Shown: positions 1 to 10,145 of the stretch, in pieces
Layout of the letters: each line of letters opens with the position of its first letter
How positions within the stretch are numbered: position 1 is the stretch's first letter
Origin: an uncultured Chloroflexia bacterium
GTDB lineage: Bacteria; Chloroflexota; Limnocylindria; Limnocylindrales; CSP1-4
Direction of reading: 5' to 3'
Assembly (NCBI GenBank): GCA_963746075.1
Contig: CAVUZY010000004.1
Span: 200,213-264,212 of the forward strand
Length of the DNA stretch: 64,000 nt
Program-made: the position numbers and the translations under genes
Notes under the pieces: model-generated
Seen by the model: only the letters and a program-made list of their open reading frames with translations
Databases searched by the model: none
What the model was told of the DNA's origin: nothing

Positions 1-359
1 CGACCGTCCGGTCATTCCGACCACGCTCGCCGACGGCTGCACGATCGGGGCCGGGGCGGTCGTCGTCGCCGGCGTCGCGATCGGCTCCTGGGCAACGGTC
101 GGAGCCGGGCGCGGTCGTCACCCGCGACGTCCCGAACCACGCGCTCGTCGTTGGCAGCCCGGCTCGCCGGATCGGCTGGGTCTGCGCGTGTGGAGCGCGC
201 CTCGTCGACAGCAAGGGCGACCCGATGGCCGCCGAGCCCGGCCGCTACGCCGCCCACCAGGAGCTGATCTGCCCGTCGTGCGGCCGGACGTACGCGTACG
301 TCCCGGACGCCGAGACGCTCGAGGAGCGGACCGGCCCTCGCCAGGGCGCACCCGCCTGA
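1..359 (+). pseudogene. Hexapeptide-repeat (left-handed beta-helix) sugar N-acetyltransferase, 3' part. The gene runs off the window start and has one frame change near 105-110.
   Basis: Frame 2 reads DGCTIGAGAVVVAGVAIGSWATVGAG. Frame 3 then continues AVVTRDVPNHALVVGSPARRIGWVCACGARL...ELICPSCGRTYAY to TGA 357-359. Hexapeptide repeats plus C-terminal Cys pairs. Not a single ORF in the track. Confidence 0.6.
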
Positions 360-361
360 CG

Positions 362-1670
362 GTGAAGGTCGCCATCGTCGCCGCGAACACCTTCCAGTAC
401 GACGCCCGCCAGCTCCGCACGGCGGCCGCGCTGACGTCCGACGGCCACACGGTGACCCTCGTCGGGCTGGCCGGGCCCGGCCTGCCCGGCGAGCGAGCGG
501 CTCGACGGTGGGATCGAGCTCCGGCGGGTCAGTCGTCGACGGGACGATCGCGAGCGCCTTCCGGCCGCTGCCGATCGGCGCCCGGCGGGCCGTCGCCCGG
601 CTGCTCGGCATCGATCCGGCTGCGACCGCGCTGCCGGCCGACGCGGCCGGCCGGCCTCGATCGGCTCCGCGCGCCGTTCCGCCGGCTGGCCGAGATCCTC
701 GCCCACGCCCGCCGCGTCGGTCCGTGGAGCGCGGCGGTCGTCGCGGCCGCTGCGGACGCCGACGTCTTCACCTGCAAGGCGCTGATCGCCCTGCCAGTCA
801 TCCGTGCCGCGGCCCGGAAGACCGGCGGCCGCTTCGTCTACGACATCGCCGACATCCACACCGAGGCCGCGCGGCTGGCCCGGATGCCGGGCTGGTTCCG
901 GGCCCTCGTCCGCGGGCGGGAGCGGCGCTGGATGCGGGAGGCTGCGGGTCTCACCGCCGTGAGCCCTGGCGTCGCCGACGAGGTCGTCCGACTGTTCGGC
1001 GTCGCTCGCCCGACTGTCGTCCTGAACTGCCCGCCGGCGTGGCGCCCGGGCGAGGTCCTGCCGGCCCGGACCGGCCGCCTGCGAGCCGTCACCGGCATCG
1101 CCGCCGGATCGGCCCGATCGTGCTCTACCAGGGCGGCTTCAGCGTCGATCGCGGGATCGAGGAGCTCGTCGCCGCCCTCGAGACGCCGGCCCTGGCCGCG
1201 ACCGACGTCGTCGCCGTCTTCATCGGCTACGGCCGCCTCAAGGGCTGGCTCGACGAGCAGGCTGCCCGATTGCCGGGCCGGGTCATCGTCGTCGACGCGA
1301 TCCCGCCGGCGGAGCTCCAGGACTACACCGTCGACGCCGACGTCGGGTTCGTCGGCCAGCCGCCGCGGACGCTCAATCAGCGCCTGAACCTCGCGAACAA
1401 GCTGTTCGAGTACCTCCAGACGGCCGTGCCCGTCGTCGTGGCCGAAGGGCACCGCCCACTGCCGGCTCGTTCGCGAGCTCGAGGTCGGGCAGTGCGTCGA
1501 CATCGACGACCCGGCGGCGATCGCGAGCGCGATCCGCGGCCTGATTCGAAGCGCCGCCCGACGAGCGGGAGCGTCTCCGCCTCCACGCCCGGACGGTCGC
1601 GCTCGAGCGCTATACCTGGGAGATCCAGGGGGCGAACGTCGTCGAGCTGTACCGGAGGATCGCCGCGTGA
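362..1670 (+). pseudogene. Glycosyltransferase family 4-like (GT-B), disrupted by about 6 frame changes as assembled
   Basis: GTG 362 (VKVAIVAANTFQYDARQLRTAAALTSDGHTVTLVGLAGPGLPGE). The protein-like reading hops frames 2>3>1>2>1>2>3 near 495, 531, 652, 1105, 1448 and 1545. Segments: RFVYDIADIHTEAARLARMPGW, IVLYQGGFSVDRGIEELV, NKLFEYLQTAVPVVVAE, ERYTWEIQGANVVELYRRIAA, then TGA 1668-1670. Track ORFs 188..1387 and 508..1677 overlap on the same strand. Confidence 0.7.
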
Positions 1671-2935
1671 CCGCTGACGCGCGCCCGAAGCGGATCGCGA
1701 TCGTGACCCACAGCGTGTTCGAGGAGGATCCCCGGATCCAGCGCGAGGCCGAGGCGCTCGTCGGGGCCGGCTGGGAGGTCGACGTCTTCGCCCTCCGTCC
1801 GCCGGACGACGCCCGCCGCTCCGCGACAAGGCGTCCGGACGATCCCGATCGACGTCGGCCGTCATCAGGGAGCCGGGGTGGGGACGTACCTGCGCGAGTA
1901 CACGTCGTTCCTCGTTCGGTCCGGCTGGGCCCTGACGCGAGAGCAGCGACGCCGCCGGTATCGCGTCGTCGAGGTGGCGTCGCCGCCGGATCCGCTCGTG
2001 TTCGCGGCGCTGCCGGTCCGGCTGGCCGGCGTGCCGGTGATCCTCGACCTCCACGAGGCGACACCCGGAGTTCTTCAAGAGCCGCTTCGCCCGGGCCTCG
2101 AACCCGCTGTCGGACCGGCTGCTCCACCTCGCCGAGCGGGTCTCGATCGGCTTCGCGCGGATCGCGATCTCTGTCAACCAGGCGCGTCACGCCCGGCTGC
2201 TGGCGCTCGGCTATCGGCCGGACAAGCTGCGGGTCGTGACGAACGGGCCGTCGCTCGCCCGGTTCGAGGCCGTTCCGCAGACCGTCCGGCCGTTCATGGC
2301 CGACGGGACCCTCCGGATCGTCTACACCGGCGCGGTGACGCCGCTCTACGAGCTCGACCTCGTCGTCCGCGCCGTGGCCCGGATCCGAGCGCAGCGTCCG
2401 GACCTGCCGGTCGTGTTCGAGGTCTACGGCCGGGGTGACGCCGAGGCGGACCTGGTGAGACTCGCCGCTGAGCTCGGGATCGCCGACCAGGTCGTGTTCC
2501 ACGGCCGGATCCCGCTCGAGACGATCCCCGCCGCCCTCGCTGCGGTCGACATCGGCGTGTCGCCGATCCGGCGCGACCCATTCACCGAGATCAGCATGCC
2601 GACGAAGGCCCTCGAGTACGCGGTGATGGGCAAGCCGGTCGTGGCCGCCGACCTGCCCGCTGCCCGCGAGCACTTCGACCCGCCGATGCTGTCGTGGTAC
2701 GAGCCCGGCGACGAGGCGAGCCTGGCCGCGGCCGATTCTGCGCCTGGTCGACGATCCCGCGGCCCGCGACGCGGGAGCCGTGGCGGCCGCCGGCCGTGCC
2801 CGCGAGCTGTCGTGGGACCGCGAGGCGCCCGCCTACGTGGAGCTCGTCGAAGCCGTCGCCGAGCGGTCGAATCGCGCTGACGACTCAGCCCGGCGCCCGC
2901 ACCAGGGGCCGGAGCAGCTCGTCGATCGTTCGTGA
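1667..2935 (+). pseudogene. Glycosyltransferase family 4-like (GT-B), disrupted by about 3 frame changes; 3' end uncertain
   Basis: GTG 1667 overlaps the upstream stop (GTGA). Frame 2: KRIAIVTHSVFEEDPRIQREAEALVGAGWEVDVFAL. Frame 3: GVGTYLREYTSFLVRSGWAL...VILDLHEATP. Frame 1: EFFKSRFARASNPL...RIVYTGAVTPLYELDLVV...MPTKALEYAVMGKPVVAADLP. Frame 2: ILRLVDDPAARDAG...YVELVEAV. Shifts lie near 1810, 2067 and 2734. The stop is TGA 2878-2880 (frame 1) or TGA 2933-2935 (frame 2). Confidence 0.7.
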
Positions 2936-4103
2936 AGTACAGGCCGCGCTCGACGCGCTCCATGACCACGCGGTCGGGCGGGCCGACGAGCGTCGCGATC
3001 TCGGGGTGGTTCTGGAGATCGCCCATGTGGATCCAGATCGACTCCGCGAAGAACGGGGCGACGGCCGCCATGTTCAAGCCGAAGAAGCTGTCGTACACGA
3101 CCACGGTCCGGCCCGGCACGAGCGGCCGCGTCCCCGCCTCGGCCGTGATCCGGTAGACGGCCCGGGCGTTGTTCGTCTCGACCGGCAGGTCGATCGGGGT
3201 CCGGACGATCTTGACGCTCGGCCGGATGGTCACGCCGGGAACGGTCTCCGCGCGGCTCAGGCCCATCTGCCGCGCGAGCTCCATCGCGACCCGCTTCGAT
3301 CCGCCGGTGAGGACGTCGTCGTCGCGCCAGAGGTCCGGACCGAGCGACCGGATCAGCTCCCGGATCGCGGGCACCGCGCCGCTCGTCGTCCAGTGCGAGT
3401 CCTGGGTGTAGTAGAGCAGGGGACCGGCCGGACGGGCGGCCCGCTCCGCGCGCGTCGCCGTCCAACCGTCGACGGCAAACGCCGCGCGCGACGCCAGCTC
3501 GCGTTCCATCGCCGGCCGACGCTCGTCCGTGCAGGCGGGGCCATACGGCATCCCCGGATCGACCTTCTCGGGATAGATCACGTGCTTGTCCGGCGCGATC
3601 AGGAAGCGGAAGTCCTGGCCGCCGGCCGTGAAGGCTGCCTTCGCCCGATCCAGCGCAGCCGCGATGTCAGCCGGGCCGAGGTCGCAGCGCGGCTGGATCT
3701 CCTCGAGCGTGAACAGCCACCGGTCGAGGCCGCGAACGACCTCCGGGTTGCCCGTCCCGCCGGTGCGCCAGTAGGCCTCGCCGCGGGCCCGCACGGCGAG
3801 CGGCCGGACGGCCACGTTGTCGGCCAGGAACCGGTCGACTGCCGCGTACCACGACGCGTCGAGCAGGCTGCCCGGTGACGTCAGCGCCGGCGGCTCGAGC
3901 AGCGGCCGGTTCTCGATCGCCGCCGGCCGGATCCGGGCGACCATCAGCAGCCCGGGCACGATCAGGCCGAGACAGAACACGACGACGACGAGCCGGTCGA
4001 GCAGGCGCCAGCGGCCCGCGGGGCTCGGCGGCGGGAGGTGGGCGGAGCGGTCGAGCGGCGGGGCTGGCTCACGGATCGGCAGCGGGTCGTCGGTCATGCC
4101 CAT
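2885..4103 (-). pseudogene. AlgX/AlgJ/PatB-like extracytoplasmic polysaccharide O-acetyltransferase (partner of the adjacent MBOAT), with a frame change about 40 nt before its stop
   Basis: ATG 4103 (MGMTDDPL). N-terminal TM segment LVVVVFCLGLIVPGLLMV. Family-type motif YYTQDSHWT. Track ORF 2424..4103 stays open deep into the convergent GT gene. A 1-nt shift near 2924 gives ...YFTND/DELLRPLVRAPG and a stop at 2885-2887. Confidence 0.75.
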
Positions 4104-4104
4104 C

Positions 4105-5529
4105 TCAGAACTGGAAGTACAGGAACGGGCTGAACGTGCCCGAGATGACGAAGACGAGCGAGGCCGGCAGCACCAGCCCCACGACGGCGAGCCGGAGCAC
4201 GCGATGGCGCAGCGGCCGTGGGTTCTCGAGGCGGACCCCCGTCACCCATGTCCGCGGGATGAGCACCGAGCCGACACCGAACACCAGGCAGATCGTCGCG
4301 ATCGGATCGAGGGCGACCCGGACCGCGAGCGGCAGGTCGAGGCCAGGCCGGAGCAGGGCGGCGTAGTAGCCGGCGGCGTACTCGACGCTCGGCGCCCGGA
4401 AGAGGACCCAGCCGAGGACGACGAGAACGACCGTGACGAGCTGCCATGGCGCCGGCCGGATCGCGGCGCCACGGCCGGCGCCGGTCAGCCGCTCCAGCAG
4501 GAGCAGGATCCCGTGATACCCGCCCCACAGCACGAACGTCCAGTTGGCCCCGTGCCACAGCCCCGTCACGAGGAACACGATCACGAGGTTGCGGTATGTC
4601 TGGAGGGATGTCCCGCGGTTGCCGCCGAGCGGGACGTACAGGTAGTCGCGGAACCAGCGCGACAGCGACATGTGCCAGCGCCGCCAGAACTCGGTGACGC
4701 TCCGCGCGGCGTACGGCCGGTCGAAGTTCTCGGGCAGCCGGATCCCGAACATCAGCGCCAGCCCCAGGGCCATGTCCGAGTAGCCGCTGAAGTCGAAGTA
4801 GAGCTGGACGGCATAGGCGACGACGCCGACCACGGCCCCGGCCATCTGGAGCTCTCCGGTCGACGTCCCGAACGCGGCATTCGCGACCGGCGCGACGGTG
4901 TCCGCGATCAGGACCTTCTTGCCGAGCCCGAGCGCGAAGCGGTAGATCCCGGCGGCGAACGCATCGACCGTCTCGCGCCGCTCCACCAGCTGCTCGCGAA
5001 TCTCGTGGAAGCGGACGATCGGGCCGGCGATCAGCTGCGGGAAGAACGTGATGTACAGGACGAAGTCGATGGGAGACTCGAGATGGCGGGCGCTGCCGCG
5101 GTGGATGTCCATCAGGTAGCTGAGGGCGTGGAACGTGTAGAACGAGATCCCGATCGGCAGGATGATCGCGGCCCACGGGAGGCCCGGCGCGCCGAACGCC
5201 TCCAGCGCGCCGTTCCACGTCGCCACCCCGAAGTTGGCGTACTTGAACCAGCCGAGGAGGACCAGGTTGACGATCACGCCGACGCTCAGCCAGCGCCGGG
5301 CGAGGCGGCTGTCGCCGGCATCGCGGGCCTGCTCGAGCCGGAGGCCGATCACGAAGTTCGCGGCCACCGAGCCGATGAGGGCGAACACGATCGTGCCCGC
5401 ACCCCACGTGTAGAACACGACGCTGGCGACCACGAGAACCGCGTTCCGGGCGCGGCGCGGTGCGAGGTGGTAGGCGCCGAGGACGGCGGGCAGGAAGAAG
5501 AACAGGAAGGTGACCGAGGAGAAGACCAT
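4105..5529 (-). CDS. MBOAT family O-acyltransferase (AlgI/DltB/PatA-like)
   Basis: ATG 5529 (MVFSSVTFLFFFLPAVLGAYHL). Multi-TM protein. Conserved FWRRWHMSLSRWFRDYLYVPLGGNRG histidine motif. Stop 4105-4107 is 1 nt from the partner ATG at 4103. Confidence 0.9.
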   Translation of the reverse strand: MVFSSVTFLFFFLPAVLGAYHLAPRRARNAVLVVASVVFYTWGAGTIVFALIGSVAANFVIGLRLEQARDAGDSRLARRWLSVGVIVNLVLLGWFKYANFGVATWNGALEAFGAPGLPWAAIILPIGISFYTFHALSYLMDIHRGSARHLESPIDFVLYITFFPQLIAGPIVRFHEIREQLVERRETVDAFAAGIYRFALGLGKKVLIADTVAPVANAAFGTSTGELQMAGAVVGVVAYAVQLYFDFSGYSDMALGLALMFGIRLPENFDRPYAARSVTEFWRRWHMSLSRWFRDYLYVPLGGNRGTSLQTYRNLVIVFLVTGLWHGANWTFVLWGGYHGILLLLERLTGAGRGAAIRPAPWQLVTVVLVVLGWVLFRAPSVEYAAGYYAALLRPGLDLPLAVRVALDPIATICLVFGVGSVLIPRTWVTGVRLENPRPLRHRVLRLAVVGLVLPASLVFVISGTFSPFLYFQF

Positions 5530-5720
5530 GCGCGGCCGGAGGATACACCGGCTCCGGCGACCGCCAGCCCGCCCGTGACGTCCCGCATCCGGAGCCCGGG
5601 TCGGCCGTCCGCCCGGGGATGTCCGACCGGCCGGCGTCCGCCGTCGGCTAGACTTCGGCCGTCCCACCGCGCGCCGCGGCGATCACGATTGGCGCCGCCG
5701 TGGGCCGCTGGAGGTTCGGC

Positions 5721-7103
5721 ATGGGTCACGACGCGCGGGTCGCCATCATCGGGCTCGGCTACGTCGGGCTGCCGCTCGCGATCGCCTTCGAGGAGGCCGG
5801 TCTCGAGGTCGTCGGCATCGACGCGAGCGAGGCCCGGGTGGCCGAGCTGCGCGGCGGCACCTCGCCGATCGACGACATCAGCGACGAGCGGCTCCAGGCG
5901 GCCCTCGGCAAGGGCCTCCGGGTCACCGCGCCGGACGAGACCAGCCTCGCCGACGCCGACGCGATCTTCGTCTGCGTCCCGACTCCGATCACCGATTCCA
6001 AGGATCCGGACCTCGGGCCGGTCCTGAGCGCCGCCAAGCTGATCACCACGGGCCTCCGGGCCGGCCAGCTGATCGTCCTCCAGTCGACGACCTTCCCGGG
6101 CACGACGACCGGCCCCTTCCGCGAGGTCCTCGAGCGCGGCGGCCTCGTCGCCGGTCGCGACTTCGACCTCGCGTTCGCGCCCGAGCGCGTCAACCCCGGC
6201 GACCCGGCCAGCGCCTCGCGCGACGTGCCGCGCCTCGTCGGAGCCACGACCCCGGAGGCCACGAAGCGGGCGGCGACCCTGCTCCAGAACATCAACGCCA
6301 ACGTCGTCGAGCTGTCATCGCCCGACGCCGCCGAGATGGCCAAGCTCCTCGAGAACGTCTTCCGGAACGTCAACATCGCCTTCGTCAACCAGCTCGCGCT
6401 GCTGTGCGAGCGGATGGGCCTCGATGTCTGGGAGGTGATCGACGCGGCCGCCACGAAGCCGTTCGGCTTCATGCGGTTCACGCCCGGCCCCGGCGTCGGC
6501 GGCCACTGCATCCCGGTCGACCCGTACTACCTCTCGTGGCGAGCCCGCCAGTTCGACTTCGTCGACCGCTTCGTCGAGCTCGCCGGCGACATCAACCTGG
6601 CGATGCCGCGCCACGTCATCGATCTCGTGGCGGAGGCGCTCAACGAGCGCGGCCAAGCCGTGCGCGGGGCGAAGGTCGGCGTGATCGGGGTGGCGTTCAA
6701 GCCGAACGTCCGCGATGCCCGCAACTCGCCCGCGGCCGAGGTCCTCGCCGGCCTCGTCGGGCGTGGCGCGTCGATCTCGTACCACGACCCGCACGTCGCG
6801 ACCTACACCGCCGCCGACGGCTCGCGGTTCGACTCGACCCCGCTCGACGACCTGGTACGTGAGTCGGACGTGATCGTGATCCTCGCCGCCCACCGGATCG
6901 TCGACTGGACGCGGGTCTACGCGACGGCCGACCTGATCGTCGACACGGTCAACAACGCGCGCGGCAGGACGGTCCGGCCGCGCCAGGTCCTCCGGCTCGG
7001 GGCCGGCTGGGCGATCCCGGCCGGCGCCAGCGATGGCGGAACGCGGGTGACCGGCCCGGTCGATGCGATCGAGACCCCCGCCGGCGAGGCCACGCCCGCG
7101 TGA
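5721..7103 (+). CDS. Nucleotide-sugar 6-dehydrogenase (UDP-GlcNAc/UDP-ManNAc dehydrogenase family, WecC/WbpA-like)
   Basis: ATG 5721 (MGHDARVAIIGLGYVGLPLAIAF, Rossmann motif). Catalytic-Cys region GVGGHCIPVDPYY. The stop overlaps the wecB GTG (GTGA at 7100-7103). Confidence 0.9.
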   Translation: MGHDARVAIIGLGYVGLPLAIAFEEAGLEVVGIDASEARVAELRGGTSPIDDISDERLQAALGKGLRVTAPDETSLADADAIFVCVPTPITDSKDPDLGPVLSAAKLITTGLRAGQLIVLQSTTFPGTTTGPFREVLERGGLVAGRDFDLAFAPERVNPGDPASASRDVPRLVGATTPEATKRAATLLQNINANVVELSSPDAAEMAKLLENVFRNVNIAFVNQLALLCERMGLDVWEVIDAAATKPFGFMRFTPGPGVGGHCIPVDPYYLSWRARQFDFVDRFVELAGDINLAMPRHVIDLVAEALNERGQAVRGAKVGVIGVAFKPNVRDARNSPAAEVLAGLVGRGASISYHDPHVATYTAADGSRFDSTPLDDLVRESDVIVILAAHRIVDWTRVYATADLIVDTVNNARGRTVRPRQVLRLGAGWAIPAGASDGGTRVTGPVDAIETPAGEATPA

Positions 7104-8228
7104 CAGCCGGCTCCGCGGTCGTCCATGTCGTCGGCGCCAGGCCGAACTTCATGAAGGCAGGCCCGGTCGTCAAGGCGCTCGCCCGACGCGGCGGTCGAGC
7201 AGCTCGTCGTCCACACCGGCCAGCACTACGACAGCGCGATGTCGGACATCTTCTTCCGCGAGCTCGACCTGCCGGAGCCGGACGTCAACCTGGGCGTCGG
7301 GTCGGGCAGCCAGGCCGCCCAGACCGCCGCTCTCCTGACCGCGCTGGAGCCGACCCTGCTCGAGCTCGACCCGGCCCTGACGATCGTCTACGGCGACATC
7401 AACTCGACCCTGGCGACCTCGATCGTCACGAGCAAGCTCCACCTGCCGACGGCCCACGTCGAAGCGGGCCTCCGGAGCTTCGACATGACGATGCCGGAGG
7501 AGGTCAACCGGCGGGTCACCGACATCCTCGCCGACCTCTGCTTCGCGACGAGCCCCGAGGCCCTCGACAACCTCGAGCGCGAGGGCATCGCGGCCGCTCG
7601 CGTCCACTTCGTCGGCAACCCGATGATCGACACGCTGCTGGCGAACCTCGACCGCTTCGACGAGGCCGCCGCCCGTCAGGCCTACGATCTCGTCGGGCCC
7701 TACGCGGTCGCAACCCTCCATCGCCCGGCCAACGTCGATTCACCCGAGGCCGCCGCCCGCCTCGTCGCGATGCTCGAGACCGTGACGGCCCAGCTGCCGG
7801 TCGTGCTGCCGCTCCATCCGCGGGGCCGGGCGATGCTGGCCGCGGCCGGGCTCGCGGCCGGCCCGCAGCTCCGCCTGATCGAGCCGCTCGGCTACGTCGC
7901 GTTCCTGTCGCTCGTCCGGGGCGCGGCGGTGGTCGTGACGGATTCCGGTGGGATCCAGGAGGAGACGACGATCCTCGGCGTCCCGTGCCTGACGGTCCGG
8001 CCCAACACCGAGCGCCCGATCACGATCACCCACGGGACGAACCGCCTCGTCGAGCCCGCGGATGTCGGTGCCTGGGTCGGCCGGATCCTGGCCGAGCCGG
8101 CCGCCGGTCCGGGGGCCGGACGCGAGGCGCCGCCGCTCTGGGACGGCCACGCCGGCGACCGGATCGCCGACATCGTCGTCCGCTGGCTGGCTGACCGGCG
8201 CGCCGGGGCGACCGCCGCCGTCTCGTGA
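7100..8228 (+). pseudogene. wecB: UDP-N-acetylglucosamine 2-epimerase (non-hydrolysing), one frame change near 7192
   Basis: Frame 2: MTAGSAVVHVVGARPNFMKAGPVVKALARRG. Frame 3 from about 7194: VEQLVVHTGQHYDSAMSDIFF...HVEAGLRSFD...VVTDSGGIQEETTILGVPCLTVRPNTERP. Track ORFs 7100..8194 and 7239..8228 split the gene. Confidence 0.85.
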
Positions 8229-9247
8229 TCCGGCGCGAGATCCTCCGGCACGAGCGTCTGGCGCGGCTCTTGCGCCGCATCCGGCGGTCCGTCCGCCGTC
8301 TCGACCGGCGACCGTCGCCCGCAGCTCGCGCCGCGGCCTCCGGTCGGCGCCGCTACCCGACGGCGTTCCGCGTCCGCCCCGGACCGCGCGCGATCCCGGA
8401 GACGTGGCCCGAGCCGCCGGTCGTCCACAAGCCCTTCTCCGCGGTGGATGGCCCCGACCCGATCGTCGTCCCGGTCCGCTACGACCTTGCCCTGTTCGAG
8501 CAGCTCAACGCGGAGTACGCGGCGAAGCCGGTGGCGCCGACGGCGCCCGGCTACGACACGAACTCGATCTCCGCCCGGTCGAGGTCGCGGCTGGCGGCGA
8601 TCCACGATCGGATCGACCTCGCGAGCAAGACCGTCCTCGAGATCGGCTGCGGCGCGGGCTACGAGGTCTGGTTCCTCGCCCGCCACTTCGGGTGCGACGC
8701 GTGGGGGATCGACATGTCCGCGCGGAACGCGTGGCCGTCCCTGGCCGGCGACAACGTCCACCTGGTCGTCGGCGACATGGCGGTCCCGGGCAGCCTCCCG
8801 TTGAACACCTTCGACCGCGTCCTGTCGTTCACCGTCTGGGAGCACATCGCCCGTCCGCTCGAGGCGATCGTCGAGCTCGAGCGGGTGATGAAGCCCGGCG
8901 GGCTCGCCTGGCTGCGCGCCAACCTGTACCGCGGCCCGACCGCGTCGCACCGGACCAGGGAGATCGCGTTCCCCTTCCCGCACCTCTTGTTCGACGATGC
9001 GGTGATCGACGAGGCGCTGCGCCGGGCCGGCAAACCGGCGGGCGGAGCCGCCTGGGTCAACCGGATGACCTGGGAGCAGTACGAGGCCGCGTTCCTCGAC
9101 GCGGGGCTCGTGATCCGCTCGCTCGCCTTCACGAAGTACCCGCTCGACGAGGACTTCTACCGGCGGTTCGAGGATGTCCTCGGGCGGTACCCGAAGGTCG
9201 ATCTCGAGCGCGGGTTCTTCCAGGTCGTGCTCGAGAAGCCGGCCTGA
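8225..9247 (+). CDS. Class I SAM-dependent methyltransferase
   Basis: GTG 8225 overlaps the wecB stop (GTGA). SAM motif VLEIGCGAGYEVWFLARHFGCDAWGIDMS. Post-motif region VLSFTVWEHIARPLEAIVELERVMKPGGLAWL. Confidence 0.8.
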   Translation: MIRREILRHERLARLLRRIRRSVRRLDRRPSPAARAAASGRRRYPTAFRVRPGPRAIPETWPEPPVVHKPFSAVDGPDPIVVPVRYDLALFEQLNAEYAAKPVAPTAPGYDTNSISARSRSRLAAIHDRIDLASKTVLEIGCGAGYEVWFLARHFGCDAWGIDMSARNAWPSLAGDNVHLVVGDMAVPGSLPLNTFDRVLSFTVWEHIARPLEAIVELERVMKPGGLAWLRANLYRGPTASHRTREIAFPFPHLLFDDAVIDEALRRAGKPAGGAAWVNRMTWEQYEAAFLDAGLVIRSLAFTKYPLDEDFYRRFEDVLGRYPKVDLERGFFQVVLEKPA

Positions 9248-9257
9248 CCGAACGCGG

Positions 9258-10145
9258 CTAGCCGGCGATCCGGCGGCGAACCGCGCGAGCCGTCCGCCGG
9301 ATCAGGCCGACCGGAGCCTTGGCCGGACGGCCCGGCCCCGACGCCCCGCCCTTTGCTGACCCAATGTCGACGACCGGCCCGAGGAACGGCGCCAGGTCCG
9401 AGCGGGCGACGAACGTCTTGTAGGCGGCGATCTCCGTTTCCGGGAGGAGCGCGTTTGTCGTCCCGAGCCGCCCCGCGAAGGCTTCGATCAGCTCCATCTT
9501 CGACTTCCCGCCGGGCACGGCGAAGTGGCAGATGAACTGCTCGTCCAGCCGCTCCGTGTAGTGATACGGGCGGCTGTTGAATTGCTCCCACGGACGGGCC
9601 TCCCAAGAATCGGCCCACGGGCTGCCGTCGCGGCGGAGCTGGTAGACGAATGCGTCCTGGTCGCCGCGGGTGAACAGGCCGAGGACCTCCGGGTCCCACC
9701 AGGCGCGGACGACCGACAGGTCCGTGGCGAGCACGGCCTCGAGGAGGGCGGCCATCCGCGGCGTGTTGCGCAGGAAGATCTGGCCGGCCGACATGAAGGT
9801 CCAGCCGCCCTCCGGATTGACCGGGCTGGCGCAGAAGACGATCTCGATCCGCGGGTCTGTCGGCAGGAACGACCGGAGGTCGACGTCGAGGTTCGTGAAG
9901 AACGCGTCGTCGTCGACCCAGAACAGCCAGTCGGCCGTGGCCAGGTGGCGGCGCAGCACCTCGACCTTGTGGAGGTAGATCGAGCGGACCGGTGCCGGTG
10001 TGGAGTCGAAGACGTAGCGGAAGTCGTGACGCGCGGCGTAGACGGCGTGGTTGAGGGCGGCCGGCGTCCGGACCTGGGACGAGCCGCTGACGATGATGAG
10101 GCTCGATCGGTCGCCCGCGGGCGGGCCGGACGCGGGTTCGGTCAT
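9258..10145 (-). CDS. Putative GT-A fold (DXD) nucleotide-diphospho-sugar glycosyltransferase
   Basis: ATG 10145 overlaps the upstream stop (ATGA). ADWLFWVDDDAFFTNLD is a DXD-type motif. The single ORF has no TM segment. Family assignment is weak. Confidence 0.6.
   Translation of the reverse strand: MTEPASGPPAGDRSSLIIVSGSSQVRTPAALNHAVYAARHDFRYVFDSTPAPVRSIYLHKVEVLRRHLATADWLFWVDDDAFFTNLDVDLRSFLPTDPRIEIVFCASPVNPEGGWTFMSAGQIFLRNTPRMAALLEAVLATDLSVVRAWWDPEVLGLFTRGDQDAFVYQLRRDGSPWADSWEARPWEQFNSRPYHYTERLDEQFICHFAVPGGKSKMELIEAFAGRLGTTNALLPETEIAAYKTFVARSDLAPFLGPVVDIGSAKGGASGPGRPAKAPVGLIRRTARAVRRRIAG

Noticed and set aside
838-2673. Very long ORFs antisense or out of frame to the called genes. Examples: 838..2673(-) 611 aa, 3817..6027(+) 736 aa, 15336..17243(+), 20383..22764(-) 793 aa, 33857..36244(-) 795 aa, 37615..39480(-), 40759..42417(-), and the upstream extension of 10142..13018(-).
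   Set aside because: Their translations are Arg/Pro/Gly/Asp-rich low complexity with no motifs. They lie opposite or offset to genes with clear family signatures. Open shadow frames like these are expected in very GC-rich DNA because stop codons are AT-rich.
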